Below, in pieces: positions 27,401 to 35,801 of a DNA stretch of 64,000 bases. A model generated the notes under the pieces. The model saw nothing but the letters and a program-made list of their open reading frames with translations. It did no database searches and was not told the origin of the DNA. Every line of letters starts with the position of its first letter. Within the stretch, counting starts at the first letter, position 1. The stretch is from Acutalibacteraceae bacterium (GTDB taxonomy: Bacteria > Bacillota > Clostridia > Oscillospirales > Acutalibacteraceae). Both the position numbers and the translations under genes were made by a program. Location of the stretch: positions 15,745 through 79,744 of the forward strand of contig JAZUSK010000035.1 in NCBI GenBank assembly GCA_045606645.1, in the 5' to 3' direction.

Positions 27401-30400
27401 ATGGTATTTAGAGTATTTGTTGAAAAGAAAAAAGAACTTGCTAATGAAGCAAAGTCATTGTTAGGTGCTGCACGTACACTCTTAGGTATCGAGAATCTTA
27501 AGGATGTACGCTTGTTCAACCGCTATGATGCAGAAAATATCACAGAGGAGCTCTTCGATTACGCTATCAAGACAGTTTTCTCAGAGCCTCAGCTTGATAT
27601 TGCTACTGCAGATATTGACGTAGAGGGTGCAACTGTATTTGCAGTTGAATTCCTTCCCGGTCAGTTTGATCAGCGTGCAGACTCTGCCGCTCAGTGTATT
27701 CAGATTATTTCTCAGGGCGACCGTCCTATCGTTAAGAGTGCTAAGGTTTACGCTCTTTACGGAGACCTTACAGAGGGCGAGCTCGCAGAAATCAAGAAAT
27801 ACGTTATCAACCCCGTTGAGTCCCGTGAGGCTACTCTTGAGAAGCCCGAGACTCTCGCTATGAAGTATGATATCCCCACAGAGGTTAAGACTCTTGAGGG
27901 CTTTATTAAGCTTGACAGAGCAGGTCTTGAGAACTTTGTTAAGGAATACGGTCTTGCAATGGATGCAGACGATATTGCTTTCTGCCAGAGCTACTTCAAG
28001 ACAGAGGATCGCGACCCCACTATCACAGAGATCAGAATGATAGATACATACTGGTCCGACCATTGCCGTCATACTACATTCCTTACAGTTATCGATGATG
28101 TTCAGTTTGAAGACGAGCTTCTTCAGAACGCATATGATGAATATATCGCAACAAGAAAGGAGCTTGGCAGAACAAAGCCCATCTGCCTTATGGACCTTGC
28201 TACAGTTGCAGTTAAGTATCTTAGAGAAAACGGCAAGCTCGATAAGCTTGACGAGTCAGAAGAAATCAACGCTTGTACAGTTAAGATCAACGTTGACGTT
28301 GACGGCGTAAGTGAGCCTTGGCTTCTTCTCTTCAAGAACGAGACACATAACCATCCTACAGAAATCGAGCCCTTTGGTGGTGCGGCTACTTGTATCGGTG
28401 GTGCTATCCGTGACCCGCTTTCAGGTCGTGCTTACGTTTACGGCGCTATGCGCGTTACAGGTGCCGCTGACCCCTTAAAGCCCGTTAGCGAGACAATCAA
28501 GGGTAAGCTTCCTCAGAGAACAATCGTTACTACTGCTGCAGCAGGTTATTCTTCTTATGGTAACCAGATCGGTCTTGCAACAGGTATTGTTGACGAAATC
28601 TATCATCCCGGCTACGCTGCAAAGCGTATGGAAATAGGTGCAGTTGTTGCGGCGGCTCCTCAGGAGAACGTTCGCCGTGAGTGTCCCGATCCCGGTGACA
28701 TAGTAATCCTTCTCGGTGGTTCTACAGGCCGTGACGGTTGCGGTGGTGCTACAGGTTCATCCAAGTCTCATAATGTATCCTCTCTCGAGACATGCGGTGC
28801 AGAGGTTCAGAAGGGTAATGCTCCCGAAGAAAGAAAGCTCCAGAGACTTTTCAGAAATAAAGAAGCAACTCGTATGATCAAGCGTTGTAACGACTTCGGT
28901 GCAGGCGGTGTATCCGTTGCTATCGGTGAGCTTGCAGACGGTCTTAAGATTGACCTTAACGCTGTTCCTAAGAAGTACGAGGGTCTCGACGGTACAGAGC
29001 TTGCTATTTCCGAATCTCAGGAAAGAATGGCTGTTGTTATTGAGAAGGAAAACGTTGAGAAGTTCCTTGAGCTTGCAGCAACAGAAAACCTTCAGGCTTG
29101 TCCTGTAGCAGAGGTTACAGAGGAAGCAAGACTCGTTATGAGCTGGAATGGCAAGGTTATCTGCGATATCAGCAGAGATTTCCTCAACTCCAACGGTGCA
29201 GATAAGCACGTAAACGTTATTGCATCTAAGCCTCAGGATTACAAGAAGGTTGTAGAAGGCACATTTACAGATAATATGAAGGCTATGGCAGATGACCTTA
29301 ATATCTGCTCAAAGCGAGGTCTCTCTGAGAGATTCGACTCAACTATCGGCGCAGGTACAGTTCTTATGCCCTTCGGCGGTAAGTATCAGCTTACTCCCAT
29401 TCAGGCAATGGTACAGAAGATCTCGGTTGAGAAGAAGCATACAGACGATTGCTCGCTTATGGCTTGGGGCTACAACCCCTTTATCACAGAGAAGAGCCCC
29501 TACCACGGCGCATATCTTGCTGTAGTAGAGTCTATCTGTAAGCTTGTTGCAACAGGTGCAAAGTACGAGGACGTATATCTTACATTCCAGGAGTACTTTG
29601 AGAGAGTAAATAAAGAGCCCAAGCGTTGGGGCAAGCCCCTCGCAGCACTTCTCGGTGCATTCAAGGCACAGAAGGAGCTCGGCGTTGGCTCAATCGGTGG
29701 TAAGGACTCAATGAGCGGTACATTCGAGGATCTCGACGTACCTCCCACACTCGTTTCCTTCGCAGTTACAACTGAAAAGGTTAAGGACATCGTTTCTCCC
29801 GAGTTTAAGAAGGCAGGTAACAAGGTTTACCTCATTAAGCCCGAATTTGACGAGAATGGTCTTCCCGTTGCAGAGTCTCTTATCGCAGTATTTGATAAGG
29901 TTTGTAATATCCTTCGCTCAGGCAAGGCAGTTTCCTGCTACACACCCGGTATGGGCGGTATCGGTGAAGCAATTATGAAGATGGCATTCGGTAACGGTCT
30001 CGGCTTCGCGTTTGACGGTGCACAGACAGTTGATAGCATCTTCGGTTACAACTATGCTTCGTTCCTTCTTGAGGCAACAGAGGATATCGATGGTGAATTT
30101 ATCGGTACAGTTACAGAAAACGCTGTGTTCACACTTGGTGATGAAAGCCTTGACGTAACAGATATTCTTAAGATTTACGAGGATAAGCTCGAGAGCGTAT
30201 ATAGCTGTAATATTGCAGATACAGGTACAAAGGTTGAGAACTTCTCATTCTCCGCTACAGAGCGCAAGGCTCCTGCAATCAAGGTTGCAAAGCCTAAGAT
30301 TCTCATTCCTGCATTCCCCGGTACAAACTGCGAATTTGATTCCGCTAAGGCAGTACGTGACGCAGGTGCAGATCCCGAAATCATCGTTATTAAGAACCGT

Positions 30401-31087
30401 TCATCTGCAGATATTACTGCAAGCGTTGAAGAATTCTCAAATAAGCTTAAGGATGCTCAGATGATCTTCATTCCCGGCGGCTTCTCCGGCGGTGACGAGC
30501 CCGATGGTTCAGGTAAGTTCATTACTGCATTCTTCAGAAATGCCGCTGTTAAGGAAGGCGTAACAGATCTTCTCGATAATCGCGACGGTCTTATGTGCGG
30601 TATTTGTAACGGTTTCCAGGCTCTTATTAAGCTCGGTCTCGTTCCTTACGGCAAGATTATTGATACAGACGAGAATTGTCCTACTCTTACTTACAACACA
30701 ATTGCTCGTCACCAGTCAAGAATCGTAAGAACAAGAATCGCTTCCAACAAGTCTCCTTGGCTTGCTCTCACAGAGGTTGGCGATATCTATAATGTTCCGA
30801 TTTCTCACGGTGAAGGCAGATTCCTTGCAAGTGAAGAGCTTATTAGAAAGCTTGCAGAAAACGGACAGATCGCTACTCAGTACGTTGACCTTGACGGCAA
30901 CGCTACAAGCGACGTTCACTTTAACCCCAACGACTCCATGTTTGCTATCGAGGGTATTACATCACCCGACGGCAGAGTATTCGGTAAGATGGGTCACAGC
31001 GAACGTATCGGCGACGGTCTCTATAAGAATGTTCCCGGTAACTACGACATCCGTATGTTCGAAGCAGCAGTTAAGTACTTTAAATAA
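27401..31087 (+). CDS. purL: Phosphoribosylformylglycinamidine synthase, large single-chain type (PurS/PurL/PurQ fused)
   Basis: About 1228 aa. ETHNHPT and DFGAGG motifs. C-terminal glutaminase segment GICNGFQ ... SHGEGRF. ATG at 27401 follows AAAGGAG. Confidence 0.9.
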   Translation: MVFRVFVEKKKELANEAKSLLGAARTLLGIENLKDVRLFNRYDAENITEELFDYAIKTVFSEPQLDIATADIDVEGATVFAVEFLPGQFDQRADSAAQCIQIISQGDRPIVKSAKVYALYGDLTEGELAEIKKYVINPVESREATLEKPETLAMKYDIPTEVKTLEGFIKLDRAGLENFVKEYGLAMDADDIAFCQSYFKTEDRDPTITEIRMIDTYWSDHCRHTTFLTVIDDVQFEDELLQNAYDEYIATRKELGRTKPICLMDLATVAVKYLRENGKLDKLDESEEINACTVKINVDVDGVSEPWLLLFKNETHNHPTEIEPFGGAATCIGGAIRDPLSGRAYVYGAMRVTGAADPLKPVSETIKGKLPQRTIVTTAAAGYSSYGNQIGLATGIVDEIYHPGYAAKRMEIGAVVAAAPQENVRRECPDPGDIVILLGGSTGRDGCGGATGSSKSHNVSSLETCGAEVQKGNAPEERKLQRLFRNKEATRMIKRCNDFGAGGVSVAIGELADGLKIDLNAVPKKYEGLDGTELAISESQERMAVVIEKENVEKFLELAATENLQACPVAEVTEEARLVMSWNGKVICDISRDFLNSNGADKHVNVIASKPQDYKKVVEGTFTDNMKAMADDLNICSKRGLSERFDSTIGAGTVLMPFGGKYQLTPIQAMVQKISVEKKHTDDCSLMAWGYNPFITEKSPYHGAYLAVVESICKLVATGAKYEDVYLTFQEYFERVNKEPKRWGKPLAALLGAFKAQKELGVGSIGGKDSMSGTFEDLDVPPTLVSFAVTTEKVKDIVSPEFKKAGNKVYLIKPEFDENGLPVAESLIAVFDKVCNILRSGKAVSCYTPGMGGIGEAIMKMAFGNGLGFAFDGAQTVDSIFGYNYASFLLEATEDIDGEFIGTVTENAVFTLGDESLDVTDILKIYEDKLESVYSCNIADTGTKVENFSFSATERKAPAIKVAKPKILIPAFPGTNCEFDSAKAVRDAGADPEIIVIKNRSSADITASVEEFSNKLKDAQMIFIPGGFSGGDEPDGSGKFITAFFRNAAVKEGVTDLLDNRDGLMCGICNGFQALIKLGLVPYGKIIDTDENCPTLTYNTIARHQSRIVRTRIASNKSPWLALTEVGDIYNVPISHGEGRFLASEELIRKLAENGQIATQYVDLDGNATSDVHFNPNDSMFAIEGITSPDGRVFGKMGHSERIGDGLYKNVPGNYDIRMFEAAVKYFK

Positions 31088-31092
31088 GATGA

Positions 31093-31123
31093 AAAGAGCC
31101 GTCCGTCGGACGGCTCTTTTTAA
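31093..31123 (+). terminator. Rho-independent terminator of the pur operon
   Basis: AAGAGCCGTCCG-TC-GGACGGCTCTT followed by TTT. Confidence 0.8.
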
Positions 31124-31125
31124 TT

Positions 31126-31180
31126 GGAAATTAGGAGTTAGAAATGAGGAATTACGGGGCGCAAGCGACGATTTATAATG
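31126..31180 (+). repeat. Copy of the dispersed AATT-word/GGGG/hairpin module
   Basis: GGAAATTAGGAGTTAGAAATGAGGAATTACGGGGCGCAAGCGACGATTTATAATG. Confidence 0.7.
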
Positions 31181-31342
31181 TTATGATTTGAATTCTACTA
31201 TATTATCAGTTGTAACAGACATATACATTTCTTCGGTTTCTTGCTGCCCCTTGATTAATATTCGCTTCATTTCTTGCGTATCGTCTGTTTTTAGTGCATC
31301 AAGAATCACATTGAATAAGTGATAATACATTTCCTTATACAT
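31181..31342 (-). CDS. Small hypothetical protein (53 aa), divergent from the XRE gene
   Basis: Hand-translated: MYKEMYYHLFNVILDALKTDDTQEMKRILIKGQQETEEMYMSVTTDNIVEFKS. It falls below the ORF-track length cutoff. No strong RBS was seen, so coding status is uncertain. Confidence 0.4.
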   Translation of the reverse strand: MYKEMYYHLFNVILDALKTDDTQEMKRILIKGQQETEEMYMSVTTDNIVEFKS

Positions 31343-31433
31343 ATAATAACATCTCAAGAAGGATTATATGCAAATAATGCATAAAAGTCAATATGCGAGT
31401 ATTGCATATTGTAAGATTGTGTTGGTGATTTAT

Positions 31434-31631
31434 ATGTATGAGAGAATACGCGGTCTCAGAGAAGACAGAGACCTTAATCAGCAGGATATTGCAGATATTA
31501 TCAATGTAAGTCAATCGACATATTCAAGATACGAAAGCGGTTATCTTGATGTTCCGTCTGAGGTTTTGATTGCTCTTGCTAAGTACTACGATGTAAGCGT
31601 AGATTATATTTTAGGTCTTAAAGATGAATAA
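31434..31631 (+). CDS. XRE-family helix-turn-helix transcriptional regulator (65 aa)
   Basis: MYERIRGLREDRDLNQQDIADIINVSQSTYSRYESG is a classic HTH_3 pattern. ATG at 31434 is preferred over the far-upstream ATG at 31368. Near-palindromic ATATGCAAATA / TATTGCATAT lies upstream. Confidence 0.8.
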   Translation: MYERIRGLREDRDLNQQDIADIINVSQSTYSRYESGYLDVPSEVLIALAKYYDVSVDYILGLKDE

Positions 31632-31660
31632 AAAAGGTCTCCTCAAGGAGACCTTTTTAA
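31632..31660 (+). terminator. Rho-independent terminator
   Basis: AGGTCTCC-TCAA-GGAGACCT followed by TTTTT. Confidence 0.8.
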
Positions 31661-31716
31661 ATTAAAAATTCACAATTAAAAATTAAAAATTGAGGGGAAG
31701 CTCCGCTTCAGAACGA
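31659..31716 (+). repeat. Copy of the dispersed AATT-word/GGGG/hairpin module
   Basis: AAATTAAAAATTCACAATTAAAAATTAAAAATTGAGGGGAAGCTCCGCTTCAGAAC. Confidence 0.7.
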
Positions 31717-31749
31717 ATAAAAACCGTCGCAACATTTAGTTTTCGTAAT

Positions 31750-31792
31750 AAACAAAAAAGCTTCACGATACGTTGACTGTATCGCGAAGCTT
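31750..31792 (-). terminator. Rho-independent terminator of mntP
   Basis: Minus strand AAGCTTCGCGATACAGTCAACGTATCGTGAAGCTT followed by TTTTTGTTT. Near-identical to the hairpin at 3651-3684. Confidence 0.65.
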
Positions 31793-31810
31793 ATAGTTTA
31801 ACGCGTAGCG

Positions 31811-31885
31811 TTCCGAAATTCCTCATTCCTCATTCATAATTCCTAATTTAATCGGCGCTTGCGCCCCTCAATTTTGAATTTTGAA
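31811..31885 (-). repeat. Two adjacent dispersed modules directly after the mntP stop
   Basis: Minus strand AATTCAAAATTCAAAATTGAGGGGCGCAAGCGCCGATTAAATTAGGAATTATGAATGAGGAATGAGGAATTTCGGAA. Confidence 0.7.
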
Positions 31886-32461
31886 TTATTTCAATATTCC
31901 AAGTCCTTCAAGGAGGATTTTGATACCGAGACCGATAAGCACTGCACCGCCAACGAATTCGGCTTTTGATTTATACTTAACACCGAAAATATTACCTATC
32001 TTAACACCGAGTGCGGAGAGGGCGAAGGTGATAACACCGATAAGGATGAAAGCTATGTAAACAAACCAATCGGGCTTGAAGTCGATGAATGCGAAGCCTA
32101 CGCCGACTGCAAGAGCGTCGATGCTCGTAGCAATAGCCATTACGAGCATAGTCTTGAAGCCGAGAGAGCAATCTGCACATTCTTCTTCCTTTTCAAAGGA
32201 TTCCTTGATCATATTAGCGCCGATTATAGCGAGGAGCACGAATGCTATCCAATGGCTGACGGAGGTTATCTTGTCAGCGAAGGTACTACCTAAAAGATAG
32301 CCGATAAGGGGCATAAGACCCTGGAAGATACCAAACCAGGCGCCGACTATAAGACAGCTTTTTAATTTTATCTTTTGCATCGCAAGACCCTTGCAGAGAG
32401 CTACGGCAAAGGCATCCATTGAAAGACTGATTGCGATAATGACCGTTTCGGTAATACCCAA
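31886..32461 (-). CDS. mntP: Manganese efflux pump MntP family
   Basis: 191 aa. GITETVIIAISLSMDAFAVALCKG and the second-half repeat AIATSIDALAVG. TTG start lies 10 nt after AGGAG. Confidence 0.85.
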   Translation of the reverse strand: MGITETVIIAISLSMDAFAVALCKGLAMQKIKLKSCLIVGAWFGIFQGLMPLIGYLLGSTFADKITSVSHWIAFVLLAIIGANMIKESFEKEEECADCSLGFKTMLVMAIATSIDALAVGVGFAFIDFKPDWFVYIAFILIGVITFALSALGVKIGNIFGVKYKSKAEFVGGAVLIGLGIKILLEGLGILK

Positions 32462-32597
32462 AAAGCAACAACTCCTGTAAAAACTGTGGATTTTCAGTAT
32501 ATTATATTAATATATTAAAGTCAATCATTTATTATTTGATTTAATGGGCTTTTTGTGATATTATATCTTAAGTTGGTGAATTAATCTGTTTTGGCAG

Positions 32598-33578
32598 GTG
32601 ATGTTGATGGATAAGATTAGAAATGTTTTGTCCAAGGCTTTTACTAAAAGGATGATAGTTTTATACGTAGCGGTTATACTCGTTACTGTAATCTTATACC
32701 AGATAGTAACCTCGGTTATGCTTTGTAATATGATTTTCGGCGATAGAGCGTTTGCGGATTCTGCAGTGGCTAAGGATCTTGTTAAGGGTGACTTTGCTAC
32801 CGCTGAGGGTAGAGCTTGGCTCAACTCAGTTGCTGAAGACGAATTTATAGAAAAGGATGACGGGCATAAGCTCCATGCTTTGCGCGTGAACAACGAGCAC
32901 ATTACGAGCAGTTATATTATAATTTATCATCCCGTAACGCTTACCTCTGCCGATATGGCGGACTATGCTTACCATTTTGCCGATATCGGCTTTAACGTGA
33001 TTTTGCCTGATTTGCGCGGTTGCGGAGAGAGTGATTATACCGATATTTCCTTTGGTGCGACCGATACGGAGGATATTATGCTTTGGGTCAATAAGATTGT
33101 AGAAGCGGACCCCGAGGCAACTGTATTCCTCTTCGGTGTAGGTGCAGGCGGTACAGCAGTATTGACAACCTGCGATGAGGGTCTCCCCGAAAACGTAAAG
33201 GGTATTATTGAAGATAGCGGTTATGACAGCCTTAAGGATGTTTTTAAAAATAATATTGAGAAGTACTATAATAAAAAATCATTTCCCGCTCTTTTGATAG
33301 CCGATACATACGTGAATGCTAAGTACGGTTGGAGTATATCCGACGTTAATATTAATGAGCAGGTTCATCAGTCAACGGTGCCGATTCTCTTTATTCACGG
33401 CGGCAAGGATGAAATAGTGCCCGTTTCCCACAGTAACGATATGTATGAGGTTTGTCCTGCCATCGGCACAAAGCATCTGCTTATAGGTGAAGCTGACCAT
33501 TGCCGCGGTATGCAGGCCGATTCGAAGAAATATTGGCGTACAGTTGATGAATTTATTATCGTGCAAATGGGAGAGTGA
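32598..33578 (+). CDS. Membrane-anchored alpha/beta-hydrolase-fold protein (nucleophile elbow reads GVGAG)
   Basis: 326 aa. N-terminal TM helix MIVLYVAVILVTVILYQIV. Hydrolase-fold layout with GGKDEIVP and a late EADHC. The start could be 32598, 32601 or 32607. Confidence 0.7.
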   Translation: MMLMDKIRNVLSKAFTKRMIVLYVAVILVTVILYQIVTSVMLCNMIFGDRAFADSAVAKDLVKGDFATAEGRAWLNSVAEDEFIEKDDGHKLHALRVNNEHITSSYIIIYHPVTLTSADMADYAYHFADIGFNVILPDLRGCGESDYTDISFGATDTEDIMLWVNKIVEADPEATVFLFGVGAGGTAVLTTCDEGLPENVKGIIEDSGYDSLKDVFKNNIEKYYNKKSFPALLIADTYVNAKYGWSISDVNINEQVHQSTVPILFIHGGKDEIVPVSHSNDMYEVCPAIGTKHLLIGEADHCRGMQADSKKYWRTVDEFIIVQMGE

Positions 33579-33585
33579 TTTCGTT

Positions 33586-34065
33586 ATGGTTGAAATAAAG
33601 AGACTTGAGCAATATTCTCCTCATCACGTTAATCCGCCCGAAAAGACACGTGTTTCCTGCCGCGGAATTGTGGTGAGAGACGGAAAGGTGCTCCTTTCCT
33701 ACGAAAGCAAGAAGGATGTATATATGTCTCCCGGCGGAGGGCTTGAAGATGGCGAGACCTTAGAGGAGTGCTGTAAGCGCGAGCTTATGGAAGAAACGGG
33801 CTATATTGTTAAGCCTGTGCGACAGCTTCTTACTATGGATGAATATTGCTTTGAAACTCTCTACGTAAGCCACTACTTTATTTGCGAAATAGTTGGTGAA
33901 GGTGAGAAAACTCTCACGCAGACGGAGATTGCCCACGGAATGGAGCCACGATGGGTTGATATAAACGAAGCAGTCGGAATTTTTTCAAAATACGCAAGTA
34001 AACGCGAGGACCATGCAAGCTTGTATCTGAGAGAATATACTGTTTTGAATGAATTAATTAAATAA
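33586..34065 (+). CDS. NUDIX hydrolase
   Basis: Nudix box GGGLEDGETLEECCKRELMEETG. ATG at 33586 lies 8 nt after the previous stop and follows GGGAGAG. Confidence 0.85.
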   Translation: MVEIKRLEQYSPHHVNPPEKTRVSCRGIVVRDGKVLLSYESKKDVYMSPGGGLEDGETLEECCKRELMEETGYIVKPVRQLLTMDEYCFETLYVSHYFICEIVGEGEKTLTQTEIAHGMEPRWVDINEAVGIFSKYASKREDHASLYLREYTVLNELIK

Positions 34066-34109
34066 TTTTGGAAATACTCTTCTTGAAACATATCAAGGAG
34101 GGTATTTTT

Positions 34110-34544
34110 ATGATCGAACAAGACACAATTAAACTTTTACGCGAATGTGATGCAGGCGTTAAAATGGGTATTTCCTCAATTGATGACGTGCTTGACAAGG
34201 TGAAGTCGGATAGTCTCAGACAGTATCTCGTGGAGTGCAGAAATGACCACGTAAGGCTCAGTGAGGAGATCGAGGTATTGCTCGAAAACTATCACGATGA
34301 CGGCAAGGATCCGCAACCTATCGCAAAGGGTATGTCGTGGATGAAAACTAATTTCAAGTTGGCGGTGGATAACTCAGACGAGACTATTGCCGACCTTATG
34401 ACGGACGGTTGTAATATGGGAGTAAAATCCCTAAATAAATACCTCAACGAATATGAGGCGGCATCAGAGAAGACGAAGGATATCTGTAAAAAGCTTATTG
34501 CTCTTGAGGAGAAGTTAGCCGTAGATATCAGAGATTATCTGTAA
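34110..34544 (+). CDS. Hypothetical helical-bundle protein
   Basis: ATG at 34110 follows AAGGAGGG. About 144 aa, all-helical character. Possibly DUF2383/ferritin-like, but not confidently recognised. Confidence 0.6.
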   Translation: MIEQDTIKLLRECDAGVKMGISSIDDVLDKVKSDSLRQYLVECRNDHVRLSEEIEVLLENYHDDGKDPQPIAKGMSWMKTNFKLAVDNSDETIADLMTDGCNMGVKSLNKYLNEYEAASEKTKDICKKLIALEEKLAVDIRDYL

Positions 34545-34564
34545 AACTTAAAATCAACTAAATG

Positions 34565-34596
34565 AAAAACGCACTTGCCGAAGCAAGTGCGTTTTT
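34565..34596 (+). terminator. Rho-independent terminator
   Basis: AAAAACGCACTTGC-CGAA-GCAAGTGCGTTTTT. Confidence 0.8.
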
Positions 34597-34605
34597 CTTG
34601 GGGTA

Positions 34606-34680
34606 AATATGGAAATAAGGAGATAGGAATGAAAAACAATGTGTAACGAAGGGGAAGGGGTTTGTCCCGCTTCGTTGATT
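34606..34680 (+). repeat. Copy of the dispersed word/GGGG/hairpin module
   Basis: GGAAATAAGGAGATAGGAATGAAAAACAATG...AACGAAGGGGAAGGGGTTTGTCCCGCTTCGTT. Confidence 0.55.
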
Positions 34681-35072
34681 AAACTATAACCTATAAAATT
34701 TAATTTGGTATTAAATAGATGTGAATTTTTTGTGATATTTAATGAACAATCTGTTAATTGTAGAATTGTTTAATCGCTTTTTTGTGCAACGTATTTTTGT
34801 AGAAAACGTTTCCGTATTGTTCTGAAAATGCGGGTTTTTGTCAGCGGATTTATTGAAAAAACAGAGCTTCAAGCATCTTTGTAGATTGTTTGAAAAACAC
34901 CCTCACAAAAGCCGCTTTACCTATTTGTGCAATAGGTAGAATATGACGAAATACGACCTTTTTTCACATAAAATGCTTCACTTTATTTCGATTTATGATA
35001 TACTATATATAGACGTTGAGGCGGTTTTTCTCAACTACAAATTGTGATTTTACTTTTTCGGGGGTGTAGGTT

Positions 35073-35540
35073 TTGGATACTCTTTTCGTGTACTGTTCAG
35101 CTGACGATATTCTTAACTCTCTCTGTAAGGAAAGTGCTCGTAAAATGTCGTGCACCAAAGCCCTCGAATTAGACGGTGATTTCGATAAATCTCTCTTCTC
35201 ACGATACTTCGGAATCAACCGCGCCAGACGAAGCGGTGTGAGATACAGCGGCATTGACGTAGGTGAGTACGATAAGATTATTTTCGTCTGTGACGAGTAT
35301 ATGGGGGAGATTCCTCCCGAGCTTTGTGCATTTATCACGGGTAATAGTTTTAGATATAAAACTATCGACTGTATCGTTCTCGGTGACGGTAGGGGTTGTA
35401 AGAGGGCTATTGATTCCCTTCGTGTGAGAGTATCGCTTTCGGGCGGAACGGTGCGAAATGCTATCGGAATTTCTGCAAGAGAGCTGAAGCGAGAATCAGA
35501 GGATATTCTCTTTAGCGTTCGCCACAGAATGGCTGTCTGA
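35073..35540 (+). CDS. Hypothetical protein, degenerate flavodoxin-like fold
   Basis: 155 codons, TTG start. Layout LFVYCS...YDKIIFVCDEYMGEIPPELCAFI...IDCIVLGDG resembles Flavodoxin_4-type proteins but lacks the TGNT-type FMN loop. The start and even the coding status are uncertain. Confidence 0.45.
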   Translation: MDTLFVYCSADDILNSLCKESARKMSCTKALELDGDFDKSLFSRYFGINRARRSGVRYSGIDVGEYDKIIFVCDEYMGEIPPELCAFITGNSFRYKTIDCIVLGDGRGCKRAIDSLRVRVSLSGGTVRNAIGISARELKRESEDILFSVRHRMAV

Positions 35541-35673
35541 GCAACGTTGGGAAATACGTAAAAACAATCGTTTTAACAGCCAATTAACATTATTCAAACT
35601 TTATTAATCTTTTTTATTTTTAATATATAAAAAGTCAGTATTTTTTTTGTTATATATTTACACTTGGTTTTGC

Positions 35674-35704
35674 GCCGTTTCCGTTGACAGGAAACGGCTT
35701 TTTA
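35674..35704 (+). terminator. Rho-independent terminator-like hairpin
   Basis: GCCGTTTCC-GTTGACA-GGAAACGGC followed by TTTTT. Confidence 0.65.
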
Positions 35705-35712
35705 TGTTATAT
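35684..35712 (+). promoter_or_regulatory. Candidate promoter of the cohesin/FN3 operon
   Basis: TTGACA (35684-35689, in the hairpin loop), 17-nt spacer, TTATAT (35707-35712). Confidence 0.4.
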
Positions 35713-35801
35713 TTATTGTGTACACGATTGTCGTTGGGTGAGGTGCGCCCAAATGCATTTTACCCGACTTATTCACAATGAAAATGAAAGGACGAATGAC
35801 T

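Noticed and set aside
32462-32597. Expected yybP-ykoY manganese riboswitch upstream of mntP
   Set aside because: I read the minus-strand leader and found none of the conserved yybP-ykoY elements. There are only AT-rich promoter-like hexamers (TTGACT-17-TATACT).
34629-34646. Five-codon mini-ORF (MKNNV) with a perfect AAGGAG 6 nt upstream
   Set aside because: The Shine-Dalgarno-like sequence and the ATG are part of the dispersed GGAAT-word repeat module, which recurs elsewhere without an ORF. A leader peptide is not supported by any downstream gene.
35003-35338. 111-aa minus-strand ORF
   Set aside because: It overlaps the plus-strand 35073-35540 ORF, which at least shows a flavodoxin-like layout. 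The minus frame has no RBS or recognisable features. Both calls remain weak.
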